Part shown: piece by piece, positions 18,801-27,877 of the stretch | Layout: the number at the start of each line of letters is the position of its first letter | How positions within the stretch are numbered: position 1 is the stretch's first letter | From: a virus | Taxonomy: Duplodnaviria > Caudoviricetes | Reading direction: 5' to 3' (one strand) | IMG/VR virus record: IMGVR_UViG_3300023176_000477 | Location: 1 to 50,478 of that record | Length of the DNA stretch: 50,478 bases | Position numbers and translations under genes: made by a program | Notes under the pieces: model-generated | What the model was told of the DNA's origin: nothing | The model's database searches: none | The model's input: only the letters and a program-made list of their open reading frames with translations

Positions 18801-21800
18801 AATAATTTTTTATTAGACATTTTTTTACCAGTAGATAACCATTGTGTATATATAATAGGATTTGTAAAAAAGTTATCTAATCCTTTTACTAAAATACGTG
18901 CTTGTTCTTCAAAAAATACACGAGTTAAAAATGCAACACGCAACAACACTAAAGGTTTAAATATTTTTCTAGTATAAAAATCCATAGCTCTATTTACAAC
19001 ATCTGCATCAGTTGCAGATTTTCTAGGTAAAAATCCATTTGGAAAAATGTATCCTTCTTTACCCCATGAACTTACATATTTTGCAAATCCTTTAATATCT
19101 TCTGCTAATATTGTAGCTTGTGTGCCAAGTCCTGAATCAGGAACAACATTCCATGCACCACTTGTAACTCTTTGTATATATTGCCAAGGTATTAAAGGAA
19201 CTACACTGTCTGTCATTTGTGATAAAAACAATGCATTTAAAGTACCTACATTTTTAAATTTACCTACATCTCTAGAATCTTCTGCTAATACAACTTCATG
19301 TACTTCAAAATTGCTGTTAAAACCTGGAATGTTTTTTGTTTTAGCATTAGCATATATTTTAGAACGTTCCAATCTAGAGTTAAGATGTTTTAAATAATTA
19401 CGTAATGGTGCTACTTTTTCTGGTCCAAATTCTGGTCCAAGTAATTTTTCTGCTCTATCTACTTCCCATTCTCTAAAATCTTTTCCAAATTTATATATAG
19501 AAGTTTTTTTCGTATAATCTAAATTAACAAACTTTAATAACCATTCTGATGCTTCTTTTTCATTATAATTATTTACTTCCATATGCTTTAATAAATTTTG
19601 ATAAGCACGTTTTTTATTAGTAATAACTAAACCAGAATCAGGAACAAGACTTAATAATCCATTTAAATAAGGTTCATTGTATGTTTTATAAGCACCACCA
19701 AAACCTAAATATTTTTGTATTTCATATTCATCATATGATGTAAAATTTTCTTTAACTTTATTTAAAGCTAGTTTTATTTTTCCTACTTCTTCTGCTTTAT
19801 CAAAACTAAGTGACTCAACTGTAGGTGCTACAGTTTTAATATTTTTTGATGTTTTAAATGGTGATATATCTCCTGCAGTTTTTACAATACCTCTTGCACC
19901 TTGACCTATATAGCTACCAAGATTTCTATAAGCAGCATCTTGATTACCAAATCTTGCCATAGGTTTAGATAACATACGTTTTACAGAATTACTAGATTCT
20001 GCAAAAGATTTTGCATCATTTGCTAAATTAATTAGCAAGTTATTTATAAAACCTGATTGTCCTACTTCACCCATAGCATTATCAGATAATTTTTCTATTA
20101 CTTCTGATACAGGTGCTTTTTTATTCTTTTTTAATCCTGCTTTAGAATTTACAACTTTTCTACCTGTATTTGCATATACTTTAAAAAAGTCTTTTACTTC
20201 ATCAGCTTTATTCATAAAAAGCATTTCAGCTAATAAATCAGGATGAATGTGTCTAAACAAAGGCATTCTAGACATTGCATATAAATTTTCTGGTCCAGAC
20301 TCAGCTACAAGTTGAAAAATATTGTTCCATACAGGCATATCAAAAACTACATCTGTTGAGGGAGCAAAGTATTTATTTACTTTATTAAAAACTAATAATT
20401 GATTTCTCATTTGTTTAGCTTTTTTATTAGTAGCTCTGACTGCTTTAGCTTCTGATAAATAACCTTGACCAAATAATCTTTTAAATCTACTAAAGTTTTG
20501 TGTACCTTCTGAACCAAGTTCTTCTAATTTACCTAAATCTTTGTATGTGTTTTCAATAATTTTAGTTGTATTTACTTTAACTTTTTTACCTTGTTGTAAC
20601 AAAATACCATTATCTAAAAATTCTGATGCTCTATTTACTTGATTCCAACGTTTACCTAAGTTACCTACTTTTAACCATTTAGAATAAAGTAATGGGTCTG
20701 CTAACTGGTGTGCTACGTCAATAGAACCAGATAGTAAATTAAAAGATAATGTACCTGGTTTGTAATATTCTGATGCATGTACTTTACCTGGTGAGTATTC
20801 TAACAATGTATTATCTGCTGCCCATGCTGGATGATTGTTATCAGGGTTTAAAGAATACTTTCTATTCCTTGTATATCTACCAGCATAAAAATTTATCTTA
20901 TTAGGTCTGGCTATTGAAGTATAAAATATATCTCCGTTTTCATCTTTACGTTTTAATGGTTCACCAATAACAGAAACTGTTTTACTATACGATTCTTCAT
21001 CAGAATAACCAGCTTGTTTATAATATCTATATAACTCTGTTTGTTCTGGTATTACAGGTTGAAAACCAATTAAAGTACTTCTATCAAAGTTAACAGGTTT
21101 ATCTGTATATTTATTAGGTAAAAATCCATTTGACCATACTTCATTCCATAATGCACCTAAGTTAGTTTGACCTGACATTTTAAAAGCTTCTACTAATGCA
21201 CTACCTTTTCCTGTTGCTAATACATCACTATCACTAATATCAATCATTAATCTATCTTGTGCTTGAGATATAGACATACCTTGTTTCATATAATCTTGTG
21301 CTTGTTTAACTGCACCGTAATATTCAATAGCTCTACCTTGTGTAAAAGGTTTACCAGGTAATAAAGCATTTAAAGCTATACCAGGTAAATTTACTTTTCC
21401 TGATGGTCCTAATGTTTGCATTAACCATTCAAGACCTAGTACACCCCAAACACCGTATTGTATATCTCCTGGTCCTGCACCACCAGGAAATAAACCAAAA
21501 GAGAAAAAATCACTTACATTCATTTGCATATTTCTTGCTAAATCTTCAGGAGCATATCTATCGTATATTTCTTTATGTAGAGCTTGTTCTTTTTTAATAC
21601 GTTCTTTTGTTAACTCATCTTCAATATCAAACAAATCACGACTACCAGCAGGTATTTGAGCACCCCAAGCTGAATAAGTTACACCTAAAGGTAAGTTAGG
21701 ATGTGTTTCTAATAATCTTTCAAAATCATAAATAGATGCAGGATTAGCTTTAAACGCTTCTACTTCTCTATTAAACTGTGCTATTTCTCTTTGTTTATTT

Positions 21801-21841
21801 ATTAGATAATTTCTATTATCTAACCAATTTGGATTTATCAA
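15851..21841 (-). CDS. Giant (1996 aa) putative internal virion / DNA-ejection protein
   Basis: Size and position after portal; no catalytic motif recognised. Confidence 0.65.
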   Translation of the reverse strand: MINPNWLDNRNYLINKQREIAQFNREVEAFKANPASIYDFERLLETHPNLPLGVTYSAWGAQIPAGSRDLFDIEDELTKERIKKEQALHKEIYDRYAPEDLARNMQMNVSDFFSFGLFPGGAGPGDIQYGVWGVLGLEWLMQTLGPSGKVNLPGIALNALLPGKPFTQGRAIEYYGAVKQAQDYMKQGMSISQAQDRLMIDISDSDVLATGKGSALVEAFKMSGQTNLGALWNEVWSNGFLPNKYTDKPVNFDRSTLIGFQPVIPEQTELYRYYKQAGYSDEESYSKTVSVIGEPLKRKDENGDIFYTSIARPNKINFYAGRYTRNRKYSLNPDNNHPAWAADNTLLEYSPGKVHASEYYKPGTLSFNLLSGSIDVAHQLADPLLYSKWLKVGNLGKRWNQVNRASEFLDNGILLQQGKKVKVNTTKIIENTYKDLGKLEELGSEGTQNFSRFKRLFGQGYLSEAKAVRATNKKAKQMRNQLLVFNKVNKYFAPSTDVVFDMPVWNNIFQLVAESGPENLYAMSRMPLFRHIHPDLLAEMLFMNKADEVKDFFKVYANTGRKVVNSKAGLKKNKKAPVSEVIEKLSDNAMGEVGQSGFINNLLINLANDAKSFAESSNSVKRMLSKPMARFGNQDAAYRNLGSYIGQGARGIVKTAGDISPFKTSKNIKTVAPTVESLSFDKAEEVGKIKLALNKVKENFTSYDEYEIQKYLGFGGAYKTYNEPYLNGLLSLVPDSGLVITNKKRAYQNLLKHMEVNNYNEKEASEWLLKFVNLDYTKKTSIYKFGKDFREWEVDRAEKLLGPEFGPEKVAPLRNYLKHLNSRLERSKIYANAKTKNIPGFNSNFEVHEVVLAEDSRDVGKFKNVGTLNALFLSQMTDSVVPLIPWQYIQRVTSGAWNVVPDSGLGTQATILAEDIKGFAKYVSSWGKEGYIFPNGFLPRKSATDADVVNRAMDFYTRKIFKPLVLLRVAFLTRVFFEEQARILVKGLDNFFTNPIIYTQWLSTGKKMSNKKLLDMGFTQAEIDDIPDIQSVLMSQELLEGTQQTIGLTGFLGKKAGWNPLNIEYRMELKANVSNAEYSQSKLWDYVQVRTDPIGRKVAKYGWGSPELNKWLDSSEGQFWLQEYADYSGNYDILTDSWALDQLIQQQEAYIREITGDNIVEGIHFMKQAGSDVKYQMTLDKVKEGNKGSTILRNIISEGKIPVVKDGKVTNKFVDFMSDIDGYTGITGRIKQNNKKALDVKNWEKRSYIKAMSNKQKGKAINAAKELFKSTTDGGLGLNGGYVRVTEELDDANKTSRYEDIIDGLFEVLMRKPIGYLNRAPVFKQFYWLWVMDNINQMDKSLQKKYINNAKAYGVPSQVVNDLITKSRLGTGSWSNFNEVEPMNRAYALENLKDLLYDTTTQHKISEVTRNIFPFPEIWFEVFKTWGKLLANNPYPVVGIQKGRRALQGTNDVSDTNTGWFAPHPMNPSDDVFMTPFEAWMGPLLVEGDDDESNMKVQYKSTLSSINLLAQSQVPGTNSIVALGLNKVLPSRGVFGEFKNWLTQFPMPEEIALSDLASLAPTYKKLGAFLQGVDVDFSREWGDKVGVFEFSEDIVREPGEALSELETLRADSTINFWRHAMVSLEWVNIYKDGRLDKYFKYNIPNWKDGDDVTYEQIEDAMLDYARDRAQVDMFMQFIRSFIGPSSNYKPEYFIKAKNSLHYHMAVLYEVYEEILENNNYDTIQTSQDFHSKFGLDHMYLFSPTDIKVSGKGVKTYDAVDFWNSHPREKKLLPLSFQFLYGDNPEAKMTWQAINNERYDLTPDEYRRYINKTKGFYQYQSWKDDIKTMNNILQNDNLELTGGGEDDLAAIMRNAIMADFSGFQRDEYGFITLTQIEDIWREITEIWPNLDLTKTTEEGKFFLELYPIMQEYDEKSSKYLISQDKEVKFDWWKKSDEPQAQYFRMQFDTQAKELLAKYPRGFNLYYNVVLRLLNPDRAAYDFVDLSDDEIDIIRNDS

Positions 21842-21843
21842 TG

Positions 21844-22254
21844 TTAACCCTGTCGTCTATTAAGTAAATCTAAAATAATAGGTGATTTACTAACTTCATA
21901 CATAGCAGCAAGAGTAATATCTATACTTTGTGTGTTTGACTCAGGTATCATACCAGGACCTAAAGGTGCTCCTGATGTAGGAACTTCAGTAGGTCTTTCA
22001 GATGGTGCAAACACATTTGGTCTTTGTGGTTGTTGTTGTGATGTAGGTCTAGGTTGTATGTTACGTTGTGCAGGTAACGGAGCTGCTTTTTGTTGATTTA
22101 ATAATTGTTGTTGTTGACCATAAGGTAAACCAGGCATATCTCTTAAAGGTTGTTTTGAACTACCTGGACCACCATCAGTTCTATTTCTATTTTGTGTAGC
22201 TACTGGAGCTGGTTTGGCAGGTTGTCTATATCCACCTCGTCTATTTTTCGCCAT
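21844..22254 (-). CDS. Pro/Gln-rich basic protein downstream of portal
   Basis: RGGYRQP..RTDGGP..PYGQ..P(S/T)ERP.E motifs; AGGAG SD. Confidence 0.75.
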   Translation of the reverse strand: MAKNRRGGYRQPAKPAPVATQNRNRTDGGPGSSKQPLRDMPGLPYGQQQQLLNQQKAAPLPAQRNIQPRPTSQQQPQRPNVFAPSERPTEVPTSGAPLGPGMIPESNTQSIDITLAAMYEVSKSPIILDLLNRRQG

Positions 22255-22399
22255 CAAATTCTCCTGTTAATAAAATTATAATACCTGGTGCTGGATATAT
22301 GATTTGTTTAACATTATCACCCATAACATCAAGTTCATCAACAACACCATATTCATTGTATATAGTTTCCCAAAAAGTATCTTCGTAATATTCTTCCAT
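22241..22399 (-). CDS. 52-aa acidic protein (not in ORF track)
   Basis: MEEYYEDTFWETIYNEYGVVDELDVMGDNVKQIIYPAPGIIILLTGEFDGEK; TAATG-coupled to portal stop. Confidence 0.6.
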   Translation of the reverse strand: MEEYYEDTFWETIYNEYGVVDELDVMGDNVKQIIYPAPGIIILLTGEFDGEK

Positions 22400-24177
22400 T
22401 ACATACCACCAAATGCACCTGCAATTGAAGGTTGTCCACCCATCATTTGTTGTTGCATCATTTGTTGTTGTATCATCATTTCTTCTTCAGGTGTCATCTG
22501 AGGTTCTTGTGGAGTATAAAACTGTTTCATAATCTCTGTTATAGCAGTTGGATACTCGTAAATAGCAATAGCAGCCATTGTAGCTGCAGGGTCACCTTGT
22601 GCAGACCTAGCTAGTATAGAATCAAATAATACTTGTTCAGCTTTATTTTTACGTATACGTTCCTGTACTTTAGCTATATTCTCTAAACCATCAATGTTAT
22701 CTTGTAGTGTTTCTACGTCTATAACACCTGCTTGTAACAATTGCAACCCAGTTACAATTTTTTGTGGTTCATCAAATCCAGCCATAACACCATAGATACG
22801 TCTAGTTCTAAAGTCACCACCAATATCTTGTAATACATTATAGTTTTCACTAAATGCAGCACCATTAAGAAAACCAGCCATAGGTTTTTTAGATATGCCT
22901 TGTGAGTAAGATAATATTACATCCATCTCTAATCTCTTAGCATCCATCTGTACCATAGCTGATTTAATAACATCTCTATATTCTGAAATCATAAGTGACA
23001 TAGTGCTGTTTAATTCTGATAGTCCAGCACCAGTAACAAAACTATTAGGAGATTGGCTATCGTCAGTTACAGGATAACCACCTACCATACGCAATTGTCT
23101 TTCTAATCTATCTATCTGTTGAAACAATTGATACGGCATATTGTTCATTGGTTTAGAAACTTGTGTACCAGGAGCTAGATAATTAACCGCAAATCGACCT
23201 TTTCTATATTGTCCGGATTCTATCTCTCCTGATATGTTAGTTTCTGTAAACACACTGTCTTCCATAGCAATAGCTGACATAATGTTTATTTTTGCCATCA
23301 TTGCCATCAAACCTATTACGTGGTCGTATTGTCCTTTAAGCTGGTCAAAAGATACACGTTTCATAAATACAAATGGTGGAGTAGATAATACGTTAGGTAT
23401 AAAATCTAAAATCATATTACGTTCTGGGAATACAATGTATGTACCTCCCATGTCATAGTATTCAATAATTCTTACACCAGAGTATGTATTATCTTCCCAA
23501 GCTTGTTCTCTGTTATTTTCATAAGACAAAAATGGTGTAGCATTATCTTGTGCTTCTTCAGCATCTTCATCTTGTTTTAAAATTTGTTCTGCAAACTCTG
23601 GATAGATTTGTGCAAGTTTATATCTAGGTACACGTCTAATAACAGCCATTTCTCTTGGTTGTTGGTCAGGACCTAAGTTACCTACAAAAGTATCATAAGG
23701 GTCACGTAACTCTGCACTAGGATAAAAGAAACCATTAGTATCACGTTTAGTTGTAATAACCCAAGCACAGTAACCATAACCAGGTAACCATCTAGCTGCT
23801 TGTTGTAGTTGACCTAATAAGTTTTGTTTTTCATCATAGTTAGTAACAATACGTTCTAATTTTTCTGCACGTACTTTACTTCTAGTAGAATCATTTTCAT
23901 TAGGTACATCAACTCTAACTTGTGGTATACCTGAAATCTTTTGTGCAAGTCGGTCAATACCAGATTGCAACATATTAGGAGCTGGTAATAAATCAGCATC
24001 AGAGGTTTCCATTGTATTACCTAACAATGCTTTAATGCCATCTGCACCACCATTAAGAATAGCTTTTATTCTAGCTTTCTGTACTTGTCTTTCTTGTACT
24101 AACTTACCTGATGTAAGTTCAGCAGCGTTTCTAACTATCTCGTCATAAGTTTTAACATCTAAGTTTTCTATGCCCAT
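22399..24177 (-). CDS. Portal protein
   Basis: 592 aa directly after terminase; helical, Gln/Met-rich C-tail typical of podoviral portals. Confidence 0.85.
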   Translation of the reverse strand: MGIENLDVKTYDEIVRNAAELTSGKLVQERQVQKARIKAILNGGADGIKALLGNTMETSDADLLPAPNMLQSGIDRLAQKISGIPQVRVDVPNENDSTRSKVRAEKLERIVTNYDEKQNLLGQLQQAARWLPGYGYCAWVITTKRDTNGFFYPSAELRDPYDTFVGNLGPDQQPREMAVIRRVPRYKLAQIYPEFAEQILKQDEDAEEAQDNATPFLSYENNREQAWEDNTYSGVRIIEYYDMGGTYIVFPERNMILDFIPNVLSTPPFVFMKRVSFDQLKGQYDHVIGLMAMMAKINIMSAIAMEDSVFTETNISGEIESGQYRKGRFAVNYLAPGTQVSKPMNNMPYQLFQQIDRLERQLRMVGGYPVTDDSQSPNSFVTGAGLSELNSTMSLMISEYRDVIKSAMVQMDAKRLEMDVILSYSQGISKKPMAGFLNGAAFSENYNVLQDIGGDFRTRRIYGVMAGFDEPQKIVTGLQLLQAGVIDVETLQDNIDGLENIAKVQERIRKNKAEQVLFDSILARSAQGDPAATMAAIAIYEYPTAITEIMKQFYTPQEPQMTPEEEMMIQQQMMQQQMMGGQPSIAGAFGGM

Positions 24178-26081
24178 GGTGCTTCGTTTATCTCCGTCAT
24201 CTTATAATCTCCATAACTAGGATTATAATCTAATCCTATGTTGGCAGTATGCTCTTTTTGCATACGCCTAAAAACTTTCATTGGAAACCAACTAGCCATA
24301 ACTATGTCAGTCTTCTCTTTGTTTCGTTTAGAAACAGGTTTACCATCAAAGTATAACAGTTGTTGTCTGTATTTCTGTATTTTAGCATTAGATTCTCCAT
24401 CACCAACAGGTAGATGTATTCTTTTATCTTCAAACAAATCTGCCATAGCACCAACACCATACAATGGGTCATGTTTATTTTTACCTGTTAAATGACCTTG
24501 TACAGTTATACCAGTACGTAATGTAAATTCTTTTATTGCAGCATCTTGTCGTATAGCAGATTGAAATCCGTTTTCTTCTACTATCCAATGTCTACAATCG
24601 TACTCGTGTAACCATATTGCCATTTGGTCTAACGCAGCTCTAATACCACCACCACGTCTGTTTTCTAAATCAACTAAATACAACTCACCTCTGTATTGGT
24701 CTATACCCCAAAGTACAGATGCTTGGTAACCACTTGATGCAGGGTCTAGTCCAGCAACAAGATATAAGTTTTTATATACCTGCCCTAGTACTAAATCAGG
24801 TCGCATACATTGGTCAATCATGTTCATAGTAAATATTTGCGTACCTTCTACATATGCTTGATTAAAATAAACCATTTCAAATGTTTGCCTACCACCTGTA
24901 GATTCAGCAGAATGTAACCTAGACATTAACCATTTAAAAGTTCTTTTACCTGGCCATAACATACAATCAGTATGTTCTTCTTCTAAATGTTCTGGTATTT
25001 GACACTCTAATGCATGTGCAGTTTCTACTATGCTTGTAAAGTTATCTGATTCAAGTAAGTGGTTATATAAATCATCAGGGTGCTGTCTTGAACCAATTAC
25101 AACAACAGCAGTATGTTCCTCTTTACGACTAGATAATGTAGTAGTCCACCATTGTCTTGTACTTTCTCTAGCACCAGGTTGCATAGTAGTTTGGTGGTCT
25201 TCAATGTCGTCTGCAATAATTATGTCACAGTCACGTGATAGAATCTTACCACCCTTACCTACAGCAACCATAGTTGGTGATTTAATACCTGCAACTGTTC
25301 TAGTACCTACAGTAAATTGGTTTTGTGACCAGTTTTTACCTGACCTGTTATCTGGTTTAAATGATTGACCAGGTGGACAGAAATCTTCTCTAAGTTCTTC
25401 ATTAGTATCTAGTACGTCAAGTACAGCAGATAATGCGTTTTTAGCTATGTCTTCGTTACCACCTACCCACATAATACGTACGTTAGGGTTTTTACATATC
25501 TGATATACAGCAAAGTGTATTAATAACTCTGTCTTTCCATGTCGTGGGGGTGACAGTATCAATAATTCTTTACCGTGTTCTATAGAATCTATAATATTAT
25601 TAATCCAGTTAGTGTGAAAATCTGCGGTGTCATAGTGTTTTCCTAGTTCTGTTCTAAAGTATTTGTGTCGGAAGTTCGAAAAATTTTCTAATGCAGCTTC
25701 TGCTTCAGCTGATAGTTCCCAATCTTCTGCTGCTATTTCGTTTCTACTATCTATCTTGTAGGCAGCGAGCATGCGACTGACAGTAGCTGGGGTGCAGCCA
25801 AGGAGGGAAGCTGCGTTTGCTACTGTCATGTCGCCAGTTGCAACTTCTTCGGCTATACCTTCGCTTACGAAAGCTCGGTAATACTGCCCTCTGCGTACAG
25901 AAGCATAATCGCCTGTATCAGCATTATACTCTTTATTGATGGGCTTGGTGTCCACTTTGTCATTATGTCGCTTGTCACGTGCAAATTGACGCTTCTGGCA
26001 CGTTCCTGAACAGAATTTTGTTTGTCTACCTCGTAATTTCTTTCGACAACCTTCTGCTATACAGATTACATTCTTTGACAC
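24168..26081 (-). CDS. terL: Terminase large subunit with N-terminal Zn-finger and HTH extension
   Basis: Walker A PPRHGKT, Walker B IIADDIED, GLDPA nuclease motif, VEENGFQ, DIVMA. Confidence 0.93.
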   Translation of the reverse strand: MSKNVICIAEGCRKKLRGRQTKFCSGTCQKRQFARDKRHNDKVDTKPINKEYNADTGDYASVRRGQYYRAFVSEGIAEEVATGDMTVANAASLLGCTPATVSRMLAAYKIDSRNEIAAEDWELSAEAEAALENFSNFRHKYFRTELGKHYDTADFHTNWINNIIDSIEHGKELLILSPPRHGKTELLIHFAVYQICKNPNVRIMWVGGNEDIAKNALSAVLDVLDTNEELREDFCPPGQSFKPDNRSGKNWSQNQFTVGTRTVAGIKSPTMVAVGKGGKILSRDCDIIIADDIEDHQTTMQPGARESTRQWWTTTLSSRKEEHTAVVVIGSRQHPDDLYNHLLESDNFTSIVETAHALECQIPEHLEEEHTDCMLWPGKRTFKWLMSRLHSAESTGGRQTFEMVYFNQAYVEGTQIFTMNMIDQCMRPDLVLGQVYKNLYLVAGLDPASSGYQASVLWGIDQYRGELYLVDLENRRGGGIRAALDQMAIWLHEYDCRHWIVEENGFQSAIRQDAAIKEFTLRTGITVQGHLTGKNKHDPLYGVGAMADLFEDKRIHLPVGDGESNAKIQKYRQQLLYFDGKPVSKRNKEKTDIVMASWFPMKVFRRMQKEHTANIGLDYNPSYGDYKMTEINEAPWA

Positions 26082-26118
26082 TATTAACTAACTTTCCGTA
26101 GATGTTTGTATAGTGAGA

Positions 26119-26124
26119 ATTATA
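26119..26124 (-). promoter_or_regulatory. Putative -10 element (TATAAT) for the terminase operon
   Basis: Consensus hexamer about 38 nt upstream of the GTG start; no clear -35. Confidence 0.4.
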
Positions 26125-26389
26125 TGCTATAGTCACATTAAATACAAACACTAAACAATAGTATTTTGTTACAGGTAAAGCGGTGACCGGGACATCAAAA
26201 GCTGCTCACAGGTAAAACTGTACACTAGAAAGACAAAGGCAGTACCCAAGGACATTAAAAAAGGTTTAGTCAGGACTGGTACATACATTGCCCGCTCCTG
26301 CCCAGAAAGGCAACTACTATAAGGCTTTTATCTGTACGAAAGATTACCAACATATTTTTTAGACCTTACGTTAATATATAGAACACCTT

Positions 26390-26587
26390 AGATTAACATT
26401 AGGTAGTCAAACTAACAGAAGTAAGCATAAATACTGCATACCTATACAGAATTTTATTCTGTATGCAGTATTATGCTTTCTAGTTCTGTAGTTTGACTCA
26501 GAATGCAGGCATTCTGTAGTTAAATGCAATACCCTACCGGTTACTTTAATTCATTGATATCTGCATTTAACTTACCTATGTTAATCT
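26390..26587. other. Four-way-junction inverted-repeat element (candidate origin, packaging site or structured RNA)
   Basis: Outer stem 26390-26405/26573-26587 encloses stems 26405-26498, 26499-26516 and 26518-26572. Confidence 0.7.
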
Positions 26588-26644
26588 GGATAGCTTATCA
26601 TCTTTAGTATGTTTGTTAGGTGTCCGACAAGTTGTATCTACTGC

Positions 26645-26673
26645 TTGCTTTAATGCTTCCGACACAATAAATT
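26645..26673 (+). promoter_or_regulatory. Putative sigma70-type early promoter
   Basis: TTGCTT-17nt-TAAATT; predicted start near 26680 coincides with the first hairpin. Confidence 0.4.
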
Positions 26674-26680
26674 ATCATAC

Positions 26681-26750
26681 TCTCACGTCTTTCTATAGTT
26701 CTTTAGAAATTCTTTATGAATTTCTCTAAAGAACAGAAAGGACAGTGAGA
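26681..26750 (+). promoter_or_regulatory. C-TTTAY-G loop hairpin 1
   Basis: agaaattc-TTTAT-gaatttct, extended by gttctttag/ctaaagaac and tctcac/gtgaga. Confidence 0.75.
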
Positions 26751-26945
26751 GATATGATTAATTGTTTATTGTGCGGTGAAGCATTCACAAGCAAGGGCAG
26801 TAGAATACATGACTTGTCATGGGACACTGCTAACAAAACATACAAGAAAGATGACAAAGGTATGCCGAAGGCATACGCTTTGGCTATCCACAGAAACTGT
26901 TATTGGGATAAATACAATGCAGAGAAAGAAAGTGTAGCACAATAG
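26745..26945 (+). CDS. Small CxxC...HxxC Zn-finger protein
   Basis: CLLC...IHRNC; AAAGGA SD. Confidence 0.65.
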   Translation: MRDMINCLLCGEAFTSKGSRIHDLSWDTANKTYKKDDKGMPKAYALAIHRNCYWDKYNAEKESVAQ

Positions 26946-26978
26946 TGCTACCTTTCTTCCGCATCTGGAAGTATTGAT

Positions 26979-27206
26979 ATGACCATTAATGGCGTAAATA
27001 TAGTACATTGCGGTTATTGTCAACACGAAGTAATGAGTGATGACAGATACCCAATATACTTACGAAGTAAGGGTGTGTCCATACCTTCTTATCTACACAA
27101 TAGTTGTGGTGTTAAGATAGATAACTTAGGCGAAAATGTATGGCATTTTCACAAGTTATCTTGGACATATCAAAAGAAACTAAACAAACAAGATACGTTA
27201 TTTTAA
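26979..27206 (+). CDS. Small CxxC...HxxC Zn-finger protein
   Basis: CGYC...YLHNSC. Confidence 0.65.
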   Translation: MTINGVNIVHCGYCQHEVMSDDRYPIYLRSKGVSIPSYLHNSCGVKIDNLGENVWHFHKLSWTYQKKLNKQDTLF

Positions 27207-27217
27207 GAAAGGAAATT

Positions 27218-27430
27218 ATGAATTACGTAAACGTTGAAAAACTAAATGAAGCAATCGCAGAGATTGGGAAGTATGTTACTAATGATACTATTGTAACAAT
27301 AGAAAAGGCATTAACACAAGGTATCCAAGATTGGTATGATAATCAAGCTAATGGATTAGCCGAAAGTGATACCAAAGCATTGGGTATAAAAGTAGTTGAT
27401 GAATATGCATTTGATGAAAGCCCATTCTAA
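27218..27430 (+). CDS. Hypothetical acidic protein (70 aa)
   Basis: AAAGGAAA SD precedes ATG 27218, in frame with the listed 27140 ORF. Confidence 0.7.
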   Translation: MNYVNVEKLNEAIAEIGKYVTNDTIVTIEKALTQGIQDWYDNQANGLAESDTKALGIKVVDEYAFDESPF

Positions 27431-27553
27431 AATTACGCACAATATGATGAGTGCCGACATGAATATGTTGGCATTCATCCAAATGGAATTAAGTCATGGA
27501 CATTTTGACCACTTAATAATTGGCGTATCTCTTATGATAATGGAAAAAATTGT

Positions 27554-27590
27554 GTCTTTCTTTTTTTCTTTACGAAAAATAAAGAAAGAC
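27554..27590 (+). promoter_or_regulatory. C-TTTAY-G loop hairpin 2
   Basis: gtctttctttttttc-TTTAC-gaaaaataaagaaagac, upstream of SD and ATG 27617. Confidence 0.75.
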
Positions 27591-27616
27591 TTTATATATA
27601 TAAAGGAAGGAAATAT

Positions 27617-27877
27617 ATGACTAAAGAATATGTGCCAGTAGATTGCGGTGTATGTCATACACCAATTGACGCATGGCGTGATAGAACATGGGCATCTGTG
27701 CCTATTGATGGTAACTTGGAAAAGATACCATTTTACTTACACATTAATTGCGTAAGAGAATTACATAGAAAATCTGCAGACTATGTAAAGAAAGAAACTA
27801 ATGCAGAAAACAATACTACAGATGCGAAAGGAACTGTATCAACTACTGCACCGGTAGAAGATACTGTATCTGTATAA
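27617..27877 (+). CDS. Small CxxC...HxxC Zn-finger protein
   Basis: CGVC...YLHINC; strong SD. Confidence 0.75.
   Translation: MTKEYVPVDCGVCHTPIDAWRDRTWASVPIDGNLEKIPFYLHINCVRELHRKSADYVKKETNAENNTTDAKGTVSTTAPVEDTVSV

Noticed and set aside
15851-21841. Calling the giant protein a virion RNA polymerase or tape measure
   Set aside because: No DxDGD or T7-like motifs, no tape-measure repeats and no tail tube gene; left as an open test.
27396-27620. 74-aa ORF in the track
   Set aside because: It spans two hairpin elements and a poly-T stem, has no SD, and is better explained as structured intergenic sequence.
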